Source of the DNA: Eledone cirrhosa
Taxonomy: Eukaryota
DNA: 64,000 nucleotides
Reading direction: 5' to 3'
Assembly: GCA_964016885.1 (NCBI GenBank)
Contig: OZ024745.1
Location: 78,430,001 to 78,494,000 of the forward strand
Part shown: one piece after another, positions 25,314 through 36,899 of the stretch
How positions within the stretch are numbered: position 1 is the first letter of the stretch
Layout of the letters: every line of letters begins with the position of its first letter
Program-made: the position numbers and the translations under genes
Notes under the pieces: generated by a model
Database searches by the model: none
The model's input: the letters and a program-made list of their open reading frames with translations, nothing else
Told to the model about the DNA's origin: nothing

Positions 25314-28073
25314 GATAGCAACTAACAGTGCTGCGATCGAATGTGGCTTTTTAGCCCAGCCAATGATCCAAAATGTCTTGCACAGAGTCGGCAACCAAAA
25401 CATTTACTGGGAATAGTCGGCTGTGGTTGGAGTTCGTGTACTTTTGCATGTCGCTTGAGTCCTCCTGCTGATTTACATTCTCTACCACATGTTTGGCAAG
25501 CATGATGAGTAGCATCTCCAACAGCAGCCTGGTAGTCAACCACTGGTCTTACTTTATGACTGCGAAGATGACTTTCGAGTCCAGCTTTGCTTAGGCAGAG
25601 TCTCGCACAGACGCTGCATGTCAGAAACATAGGAGGACCCTCGCCGTCTGGAAGTGCAACAGCAATACCCTTCCTCACGTCCCGCTTTACTTTCTCGTGT
25701 GCGATTCGAGATGCCTCAAAGGCAACTTTTCCCTCATATACAGTCTTTCTCCATTTATTACGATCAGCAGCAATATTTTCCCATGTATCAGCAGAGATGT
25801 TAGCGTCTTTCAGAGAGGCCTTCAAGGAATCCTTATACCTCTTTTTTGGTTTATGTGGCGGTCGTTTTCCTTTAACCAACTCTCCATAGAAGAGTTGTTT
25901 TGGTATTCTAGAATCCTTCATCCTGGCAAGGTGACCACTCCAACGGAGTCGCTGCTTAAGCACAAGAGCTTCTATACTGTCACACATAGAGCTTTCCAAA
26001 ATCTCGACATCACTGATGTGGTCCCCCCAGCGAACGCCATGTATCCGTCTGAGACACATCTGATGGAAACGCTCCAATTGCTTAAGGTGGCGTCGATATG
26101 TGACCCAGGTCTCGCAGGCATAAAGAAGACAAGAGAGTACACATGCCCTGTACACCTTTACCTTTGTCCTCCTGCATATGTCTCGCCGACCCCAGAGTCG
26201 CCTTTCTAGCTTTCCGAAAGCATCACTTGCTTTCCTAATCCTAAGTGAGATTTCACTGTCAAGGTTGCCGTATCGATTGACAGTGCTTCCCAGGTAGACA
26301 AACTGATCAACCACTCCAAGTCGTTTGCCATACACATAGATGTTTGGCTCAGTGTACTGCCTACCAGGTGCAGGTTGGTACATGACGACGGTTTTCTTGA
26401 GACTGACAGTCAAACCCAGGGCAGTGCAAGCGTCAGAAAATACATTCAAAATGTGCTGCATATCACTCTCTGTGTGCGCTACAAGATCGCAATCATCTGC
26501 ATACAAGAGGTCTCTTATGACTGATGTAAATACTTTTGTCTTCGCAGCAAAGCGCCTGATGTTAAATATGCTGCCTGAGGTTCGATATCGGATGTAAACA
26601 CCATGCTCGCAATTCCTGAATGCAATACAGAAAACCATTGCAAAGTATATGGCAAACAGGGTCGGTGCTGGAATATCCCCCTGTTTCACTCCATTTTTTA
26701 CTGAGATAGGCTCCGACATGTTACCTCCGACATTAACCCAAGCCTTCATGTCGTCATGGAAAGACCTAACTAAAGCAAGGAACTTATCAGGGCAACCAAG
26801 TTTCTGGAGAACCTTCCATAATGCATCTCTGTTGACAGTATCGAAAGCCTTTGTCAGATCGACAAAAACCTGATACAGATCCAAGCCCTGTTCAATGCAC
26901 TTCTCCTGGAGCTGTCTAGCTGAGAAGATCATATCAGTAGTGCCGCGTCCAACACGAAAACCAGATTGACTTTCAGGAAGGACACAATCTGCAATGTGTG
27001 TCAGCAGACGGTCCAGAAGCACCCTACATAAAACTTTCCCCACGACAGAAAGCAATGATATACCTCTGTAGTTCCCACAATCATTCCTGTTACCCTTTCC
27101 CTTGTACAAGACCACCATTACTGCATCTCTCCAGTCCTCAGGCACGGATTCATTAGCCCATATCCTTCCAAACAGAGAGTGAAGATGTTGCAGGAGTCTC
27201 TCACCACCATATTGTAGGAGCTCAGCATGTATGCCATCCATACCTGGAGATCTTCCACTGTTCAGCTTCGAAATAGCCACTGCAACCTCCACAAGTGTCG
27301 GAGGCTCTGCGAGAGCTACTTTCACAGGACTTTCCGGAATGAGATTGAGGAAATCTTCACTGACGACAGACGGCTGATTCAAAAGATCATCAAAGTGCTC
27401 CCGCCACCTTCGTAGAATTCCCTGTGAGTCACGAAGAAGTTCTTTGCCATCCTTGCTGCGAATCGGTGTCACCAGAGAAGAAGACGGTCCATAAACCTCA
27501 CGCAAGAGACTGTACAACAGCTTTGTGTTATTGCAATCAGACGCAGTTTGTATCTCACCAGCCTTCTCACTCCACCACTGATCCTTCATCTGAGAAAGAC
27601 TCCGCCTAACACGTGATTTTACATCCCTGAGCTCCTCATGCAACGTATTCCTCTCCTGTGGTCTTGCCGTCAAGTAGCGTGACAGAGCGCGCCTCTTATC
27701 AGCCAACAAGTCATCTATATGCACATCTTTCTCATTAAACCAGTCCTGATGTTTTCTCTGCACCAATCCCAGAACACGTCTGCCTACATCATAAACCGAC
27801 TTTTTAAGGGTCGGCCAATCCTCACCAAGATCTGCAGCCTGCATCTCTTCTTCCAATGTCCTCTTCACATTTTTATCCTTAAGACGAGCAGCATTCAATC
27901 TTTTGGGCAGGGTAACACCAGGAGCCCGGATTTTACGTTTGGTGATTAGATTCACTTTTGCGCGTACCAGGCGGTGGTCCGTCCAGCACTCAGCTCCACG
28001 AAGAACACGAACACACCGCACATCCTGTCTGTCACGCATCCTGACTAGGACGTAGTCCAAAAGATGCCATTCC

Positions 28074-28075
<2 letters not shown>
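25081..28075 (-). mobile_element. RTE-clade LINE, 5'-truncated within the APE domain, young
   Basis: Uninterrupted ORF; 3' UTR with microsatellites ending ggcagccatcatg(tatg)n. Confidence 0.92.
25322..28074 (-). CDS. RTE ORF (partial APE endonuclease, RT, three C-terminal C2H2 zinc fingers); 5'-truncated, ATG in ORF track is microsatellite artefact
   Basis: [18 protein letters not shown]; GRSPGMDGI; NYRGISLLS; PESQSGFR; FVDLTKAFD; GVKQG; LLYADD; YLGS; CSVC..H..H, CQTC..H..H, CRLC..H..H. Confidence 0.9.
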
Positions 28076-28104
<29 letters not shown>

Positions 28105-28145
28105 CATACATACATACATACATACATACATACATACATACATAC

Positions 28146-29928
28146 AGCCTGCCTATCTGAACCTATTTCTCCATGATCACTGCGACAGACAGTAATAACA
28201 TCACAGATGAACAGACAGCTGGGAAGAAAGGTGTTTGGGGTGTACTGAACAACTAATTAACGAAACTGCGATGTCGGAGGTGCGACAACTTAGGAGGAAT
28301 ATGGTTACACTCTGGCTAGACTACAGGAAAGCATTTGATTCTGATCCCCACTCTTGGATGATAGAGGCCCTCCGACTTGCTAAAGTCCCGGACACTCTTA
28401 TCAGAGCCATAGAGAATGTTTCTTCTTCTTGGGCTACTATCCTAAAGTTAAAAACAGAGAAGGAGGACTCAATTTTCACTGATAAAATAAAATGTTAGAG
28501 GGGTATATTTCAATGAGACAGTCTCTCTGTGCTTCTATTTATTCTGTCATTAAACCCCTTGTCGTGTCTGCTCAAGAAATGTGAAGGATACATCATTGAC
28601 TCACAGAAGGACGGAAATACAAACCTACCCTATAACTTCTTTGTGGATGACCTGAAACTCCATGCCAAGAACATAAATGGGAAGAAGAAAAATCTTGACG
28701 TGGCTACGACGTTTTCAATGGATATAGAGATTGGCCAGGATAAATATTCATATATGATTGTAAAGCGAGGGAAATCTGCAAGCCAATGGCCAAACAGCTT
28801 CACCGATATCTGACGAGGACTGCTTCAGATATCTAGGAATATTACACCCGATTAAGAAAAGTATGGTCATCTGAAATCTCTGCGCACAATAAAACAGTGG
28901 CTCACAATGTGTTTGCTGTGCCTGTCCTAACAACAACGTTTAGAATATTCGATTGGATGATATACGAAATCCGAGCTATTGATGTTAAAACCTGAAAAGT
29001 CCTAAACAACACCAGTGACATAGACCGCCTCTACTTGAAACGTAAGCAGGGGGGCAGAGGTCTAACATCAGTCCAGACAGTATTTGAGTTTTGCATCATA
29101 TCCCTCCAACAACATCTACGAACCCCCAAGCGTAGGAGGCCATCTACTGAGCAAGTGTGTCAACTTAAGACAGATAAAAGGGAAAGAACTCCCTGAATGA
29201 TCATAAAAAACTCACAACCAGGGAAATTGCCCTGCAAGAAAACAATGAATCCATGGATGAAAAACTGCATGATTATCAGCAAAAAATCATGCATGAATAT
29301 GTTGCCAGGAAGCTCCAAAATGGCAGTAATATAGATAAGCAAGATTGGACCAACAATCGCCATATTGGATCTCACTTTGAAGGATATGCTTTTGCAATAC
29401 AAGAACAGGAAATCAGTTCAAAATACCTGTTTCACAAAAGAGATAGGGATGTAGGCAAAACCCCCAGATGTGACAACAAATGCAGACTCTGAAGAATTAA
29501 CATCGAAGATGTCACCCATATCATAAGCAGCTGTCCAAAGATGACACCACGGTACTATCTACCTATGCATAACTTAATGGCCAAAACACTATACAATGCA
29601 ATCCGTAGAAATGATAGCACCGACAATAAACACATTAAAAGCTACAGCAATGTGGAAGATGTATACATACATAATTATGAAAGAGTACTGATGGAATATT
29701 CTAGTTAAAATCTAATAAAATGGAAGCATAACAGACCAGATATAATGATGTGGGACGGGGAAAAGAAGGTATGCACAGTAGTGGAGTTTAGCTGCCCAGC
29801 AGATGCCAATATAATATTAAAGGTTAGCGAAAAGGAGACTATCTATGCAGAACTAATGAAGAATCTGCAGATACTCCACCCTGACTATACCTGTGATTAT
29901 TGGGGAACTTGGATATGTTAGTAACTGC
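28146..29928 (+). mobile_element. decayed R4/Dong-clade LINE (RT, CCHC, REL) starting at (CATA)n
   Basis: GCTEQLIN, WLDYRKAFDS, FFVDDLKL, QEQEISSKY..CDNKCRL, HNRPDIMMWD, VEFSCP, IPVIIG; many stops and frameshifts. Confidence 0.88.
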
Positions 29929-29950
29929 CGAGTTGGCAGCCACCATGAAC

Positions 29951-30217
29951 GTATGTATGTATGTATGTATGTATGTATGTATGTATGTATGTATGTATGT
30001 ATGTATGTATGTATGTATGTATGTATGTATGTATGTATGTATGCATGTATGTATGCATGCATGCATACATACATACATACATACATACATACATACATAC
30101 ATACATACATACATGCATGCATGCATGCATGCATGCATACATACATACATACATACATACATACATACATACATACATACATACATACATACATACATAC
30201 ATACATACATACATACA
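29951..30217. repeat. opposed (TATG)n / (CATA)n microsatellite with (ATGC)n interruptions
   Basis: Direct observation; preceded by a 20-bp plus-strand RTE-type tail gagttggcagccaccatg. Confidence 0.9.
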
Positions 30218-30542
30218 TGGAGAAGGAGGACATCTACGGACCATTGATGAGGAGTTTACAAATCCAGTATCCAAGATACACCTTTAGCTTCATACCCATC
30301 ATTATTGGTGCTACGGGTTATATACCAACCCGCTTGGACCAAAGTATGACTGAACTTGGATTTGCGGACAAAAAGCGCAGCTCCCTAATTCATAGTCTAC
30401 AAATGGCTGCGATAGCTGGCACCTTCAAAATTTGCAAAACATTCTTGCGATTCAAGGGATGACAATTTCTTTTCTTTTACAACCTTGCCACCAGGAAGGT
30501 GGCCGGTCAAAAAATATACTCAAAATTAAGAGAAAGAGAAAA
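30218..30542 (+). mobile_element. R4/Dong 3'-end fragment between (CATA)n tracts
   Basis: EKEDIYGPLMRSLQIQYPRYTFSFIPIIIGATG...LQMAAIAGTFKICKTF; near-identical copy at 31069-31363. Confidence 0.85.
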
Positions 30543-30590
30543 CATACATACATACATACATACATACATACATACATACATACATACATA

Positions 30591-31003
30591 CATGGTGGCT
30601 GCCAACTCGTTTTCGAGTACGGCCACTACTTTATATCCATGTAGGAGAACCCCTACCGATGCGCTGAACGAGTGTGACTTTTTAGTCCAGCCAGCGACTT
30701 GAAAACTCTGGTACAAACACTACACTTGTGACAATTACTGACACATAGTGCTGGGCCCATGGTACCATGTGACGACAAGTGCAGAGAGATCTCCAGATAT
30801 AAAGCAATGCCTGTGCCGTGAAGCTTTTATAGTGAGCAAAGGCACTGCACAAAGCCAGTCCCACTCTCTTAACCAAGATGATATTTACCAAAAAGAAGAA
30901 CAAGTCAACATCATTGGATACCATCAGGGTTGCAGGTGTTATATCAGAGTTTTCCTTCTCCTAGAATTCTGCCTTGACAAAGGCTAAGGGGTCATCTCTC
31001 CCA
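30591..31003 (-). mobile_element. 5'-truncated copy of the RTE-derived non-autonomous element
   Basis: Near-identical to 24443-24853. Confidence 0.85.
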
Positions 31004-31068
31004 GATGGAGTTCAGCTGGCCATACATACATACATACATACATACATACATACATACATACATACATA

Positions 31069-31634
31069 CGAGGAGTTTGCAAATCCAGTATCCAAGATAC
31101 ACCTTTAGCTTCATACCCATCATTATTGGAGCTACGGGTTATATACCAACCCGTTTGGACCAAAGTATGACTGAACTTGGATTTGCGGACAAAGAGCGCA
31201 GCTCCCTAATTCATAGTCTACAAATGGCTGCGATAGCTGGCATCTTCAAAATTTGCAAAACATTCTTGCGATTCAAGGGATGACAATTTCTTTTCTTTTA
31301 CAACCTTGTCACCAGGAAGGTGGCCGGTCAAAAAAATATACTCGAAATTAAGAGAAAGAGATAACATACATACATACATAGGAAAGTGGCCAGGGTCTAA
31401 AATCCATATTAACATCATATGAGACCCGAATAGTAACACTGAAGCAACATCTTCAACAGAGGAAAAAGGTTGGCAACCATCTTGCCCAGGTTTATGAGCA
31501 TGAAGAAAAATACATCATTAGGATAGCCACTGATCTGGAAGGGAGATATGGAATAAAGCCTGATATAAATCTCTCACCCAGAGAAATCGGAAGATCCGAT
31601 TCAATGTTCAAACAAGATGAAAAAATTGACCAAA
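31069..31634 (+). mobile_element. second R4/Dong 3' end plus an internal fragment of a divergent R4 subfamily, separated by (CATA)n
   Basis: 31069-31363 duplicates 30250-30542; 31381-31634 encodes GQGLKSILTSYETRIVTLKQHL, homologous to [22 protein letters not shown]. Confidence 0.75.
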
Positions 31635-32235
31635 CATACACATACATACATACATGTATGCATACATACATACATACATACATACATACATACATACATA
31701 CATACATACATACATACATACATACACGTTCAATAGTCTCATAATGACATTTATTTAATGGAAATAAATGAAACACAAGACAGATGATGTCCCATCAACG
31801 AACAATGGCGTCTCAATCGACCTTTACTCACTATTGAGCAAATATTATAAATACTGGCAGAAAAACCATATTTAATCAGTAGATAAATTATGTAATACTC
31901 ATTCATTATTTATTCAACTTATTTTACAAACGGGATTAAAAACATATATTCTGGACGCAGTCCCGCACTCCTTTCTTTATTATAGTTTAGATATCATGAT
32001 GAAAGAACAGAACACGTTCGGCAAAAGAATGCGGTAAAAAAGAAACAGAAGAAATAAATTTTCGTGGGGAAAATATCAATATATGCTTCATACAAACTAA
32101 CCAAGAATGTCCAGACACTTTTAAAGTATCGGACAATTGACAGTTTTAAATAAGATGGATAAGGCATTCAGATTGTTAAGCGAAAGATTCGTTAGGTGTT
32201 CCCAGAGAAATTCTCATTTTAAATTCTGTTGAGAT

Positions 32236-32424
32236 AATTGTTTCTACTTTAGGCACAAGGCCAGCAATTATCCAGTACATTACTGGTACTTTATTTTATC
32301 GACCCCGTAAGGATGAAAGGCAAAGTCAACCTCGGCGGGATTTGAACTCAGATCGTAAAGGGACGTAACTATGCTGGAAAGCATGGCGTCCGACCCTCCA
32401 CCGATACTGCCAATCCACCGCCCT
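32236..32424 (-). mobile_element. full-length SINE with a 12-bp TSD aattctgttgag
   Basis: Reverse complement of the 18635/20356 copies; TSD on both sides. Confidence 0.9.
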
Positions 32425-33600
32425 TAATTCTGTTGAGTGCTACTGTCACACAATCCCCATTCACCTCCCGAATTTAAAGAACTGTTAACTTAAACTACCG
32501 AGAAGAGTTTCAAATTTAGATCCAGTACTAGAGCTTGTAGCTTTAGATTTCATATTGTCAAAAATGATAGGCACTAAATAAATAGATTATAACTTATTAC
32601 GTGTGTATATGCATACCATAGATGGCGGGGTCTTCTATCGATTACACTCAAAATTGGTATGCTGTTGTGAGACCGACAAGCAAATAGCCAGAATTACCTC
32701 AGTAAATCAAGAACCACGACACGCTACCGTTCCCATTATTTCCATCTACATATAGAAATATATAATACAATGATATCAATACATAACACACCATGTTCAG
32801 AATAGTGTCAGCGCACAAGTATATACATATATGTAAAGAGGAAGAGAGAGACAGATAAAGATATAAACCACACCCCATTGAAACGTATAACACTGTTGAA
32901 TTATATATATATATATATATACACTGTATATGTGAAGGTATGTATATGTGAAGGTATGTATATGTGAAGGTATGTATACTTGAATGTGTAGATTTATATA
33001 TATGTGTGTGTGTGTGTTTTTGTGTATGTATGTTTGTATGTATGTTTGTGTGTGTGTGTATGTTAACATTTGTATATATGCGTGTATCTTTTCGGTATAT
33101 TTGAGTAAAGCTAAACTTGGTCTTAAATGGAGCCACGTTCGTTGTTTTTCTAAGACGATGGAATCGACACTCTAAATTCATCGCACGTCTGTTATGTTTT
33201 CTTGTCTCTGTCTAGTGAAGACGTTTAGCGAACAAGCCTTGTCAACAAGCGGTGGTGGAATTTGAACAGTGAAACCGTTATCACACAGTGGTTTGATTAT
33301 ATGAGAAAGTGGCTAGATATAAGATTTCGCGTTTCACTCAAGGATCGTATTATATATTTTCAAGAGTTAGACATTAATATTTATCTAATGTTTGTGTGGT
33401 GTGTGCTGCAGAGCAAAAGGTAACGATTCTGGGGAAGCAGATCTTCTCGAATTGGTTTCCATTCAAGGTCCAGCAATTTAACTTCACTTCTCACTCTTGA
33501 AAAACAGCGTATCAATAACAAATAGTTAACGTAGCAATTAAGAAACAAGATTTAACCATAAAGGTTACACACAGACACACACAGATAACTATCTCTCCCC

Positions 33601-33676
<76 letters not shown>

Positions 33677-33685
33677 ATGTATATA

Positions 33686-33770
<85 letters not shown>

Positions 33771-33806
33771 TATATGTATGTATATATATGTATATATAAT
33801 ATATAT

Positions 33807-36411
33807 CGCAGGTCGATGAACAAACATAAGCATAATTTAGTATAGCTAGATCCGAACTTAGAAATATTATAGAACAGTATAGCAAGAAGCATAATAGAAT
33901 GGAGGCCCAGCAACTGGGAGAAAAATCTGCAAATGGCTTGCGTAAGCTCATGCAGCGCTCGCGTAATGGAGAGATAGCATGCTTTCCAACAGACAAGTCT
34001 GGCAGAATGTCGGTTGACAGCCTGCCAAACTACATCCAGGCAATGCAACCCCACATCACTAACACAAGAGAGATAACACCACAGGAGCATGAGGATAGAG
34101 AAAAAGCCCTCAATGCCCATATGGTGATGTGGACGAATATAATGCAGCCCAACAAAAGGACTGCCAACAACTTCCAGGCCTGGAACAATGACGTGCCGGC
34201 GTTGTATGGGCTTCGAAAAGACCATAAAACGGGCAGTGACCCTGTCACGGGACCACCAACACGGCCAGTCTGTGGAGCTAACATTGCTAGTAACTACAGA
34301 CTGTCCTACTTCCTCTCCCTGATCATACGCCCCATCATTGAAATGTCCCCAGATGTATGTGACAGCACGGAGGACCTCCTCAGCAGAATCGGCGAGAATA
34401 ACCGATCTAGGGACCTAACAAACTGCATAATAGGTAGTATGGATGTTGTGTCCCTGTATCCATCTATTGATGTGGATTTTGCTGTGGAGAAATGCGTAGA
34501 AATGATCAGTGAGAGCAAGGTTGAGTTCCGTGGGATTGATACCAGTGAGCTGGGACTTCTACTTAAGCTTACCCATAGTAATAGTTACCTAGACACTTAT
34601 GACCTTAGCAACCTGTGCCCTACAAGACCAGCAAGAGGCAGACCACCTACCATTACCTCAATGGCCAAGAAAACCCACACAGATAGATAGAACGGGTGGA
34701 CCAGAGCCATATGGACACCCGAAAACTACGATGAACTGAAGAAAATGATTGCACATGCGGTAGGGGCCAGCATAAAACTAACCCTTAAGGAACATATGTT
34801 CAAATTTAATGGAAAAACATATGCCCAAGAGGAAGGAGCAGCCATTGGTGTTAGCATTGCAGGCGACATAGCTAACTTATTCATGGTATGGTGGGACAGT
34901 AGACTTAAACTTAAACTTAAAGAACAATTAGAAGACCCCTTAACCCTGATAATGTACTCCCGCTACGTTGATGATATAAACATCGTAGTTTAGACACCCC
35001 CACTAGAGAACAGTCAGGAACTAGAGAAAAACACAATGGAAAGCATCCAGCTCTGGTTAGATACCATTAATAACAAAAAACAAATCCTCCATTCCCATTA
35101 TGCCAAACCCATGACTTCCAAACATCTGATCCACCGAAACTCAGCTGTTTCGGACCATACCAAAATCAACATACTGATTGCGGATTTGGTACGGGTGATG
35201 AGAAACGTGTCCCGCATGTGCAACCCCGAAGAACTAGAGAGACACATACAACACTTCATCCACCGTATGCAGTTCTCTGGTTACAATCAGAGAGATAAAA
35301 TCAGAGTGTATAGAGGAGCCAGAACCAAATGGGAAAAAATGGTAAATAATGACGCAAATACGACCTGCCCCTTGTATAGGAGCACATTTTGGAATAGAAT
35401 AGAAAGAACTAGGAATAAGGCTAATAGAATAAACTCATGGTATGATAGCAATAAATACCAGAGTGTAATGTTCATCGATACAACCCCTAGAGGTGAATTA
35501 CCTTACAAACATAAACTCAATATTAAGATAGTAGAAAGACCAGGTACCTCCGTAAAAACACTTATTAGCAAGACATACCCTTTTCAAAGACCCCCCTGTA
35601 TAGATAAGAAATGTATAACCTGTAAATTAAGCCCCCATATTAATTGTAAAACTAGAAATGTAGTATATAGCATAAGATGTACTGAAGGACAATGTAGAGA
35701 CAAAAATATAATGTACATAGATGAGACAGCTCGTAGTGTAGGGGAACGGATAAATGAACACTGGCGAGACCTTCAAGATAGTAAAGAATCATCTGTACTC
35801 TACCAACATGCTAAAATAGAACATAAGGGTAAATTAGAGAACATAGAAATAAAAATAGAATCTACACACAGAAAAGACGCAATGTTTAGACAAATCACAG
35901 AGGCAATAAACATAAAAGAATTACAACCAAAATTAAATAGAAAACATGAGTGGAACAGCAACATCACAACTTACAATTAAGGACAAAATGAAAACACACA
36001 CGCACATAGAACAAACAACCAACCTGTAACATGTAAATAAACAAATAAATAAACGAATATAAACACACACAGACATCTGGATGTGGCGCATACGCAGACT
36101 GAGCACACACCACACACACAGAAACAAAATGGCGTAGGACAGAACAAAGGAGAGGCACAAAGCAAAGAAAAGAATCCCCAGTCACTGAAGAGGTCACAGA
36201 ATGTGTGACGAAAGAACTTTGACAATATATAAACAACTATCTGGTTGTGGAACCAACCAACCAGAAATTTATAAATTTATTATAATAAATTGAAGTGAAA
36301 GCAACTGGTGCGTGTGTTTCTTATTGGCAACATGACCCTCCCAAAGTATAACAATATCGGTTTCAACACACGTTTTCAGATAAAGAATCTTGCTAAACAA
36401 ATTCAGAAACG

Positions 36412-36414
<3 letters not shown>
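33807..36414 (+). mobile_element. Penelope-like element (same group as 4063-6267), disrupted RT + GIY-YIG, flanked by (TA)n
   Basis: [71 protein letters not shown]; several stops. Confidence 0.92.
36181..36223 (+). ncRNA. minimal hammerhead ribozyme motif
   Basis: Identical to 11368-11410. Confidence 0.75.
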
Positions 36415-36460
<46 letters not shown>

Positions 36461-36521
36461 ATATGCGTGTGCATTTGTGTGCGTCTGTGTGTCTGTGAGT
36501 TTATGAGTGTTAGGGTGTATT

Positions 36522-36676
36522 CGCCATGCTTTCCAGCATAGTTACGTCCCTTTACGATCTGAGTTCAAATCCCGCTGAGGTTGACTTTGCCTTTCATCCT
36601 TACGTGGTCGATAAAATAAAGTACCAGTAATGCACTGGGTAATTGCTGGCCTTGTGCCTAAAGTAGAAACAATTAT
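36522..36676 (+). mobile_element. 5'-truncated SINE
   Basis: cgccatgctttccagcatag...gagttcaaatccc...agtagaaacaattatt. Confidence 0.88.
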
Positions 36677-36899
36677 TTATTTTGAATGTGAGTTATTGAA
36701 ATACAAGTACAATTTTATACAAGTACAATTTTAGGCAGCAAAGAGAGGAAACCTCTATTCTTAAAATCTAAAACTAACAACAAAAACGACTCCTATTACC
36801 TCCTAAAATGCTATAAGGCAAACTATAGAAAAATACAATACAAACAGTGTAGTTGCTTATATACCCCTTGTTTTACCCCATTTTCAACAAAACAGGGAT

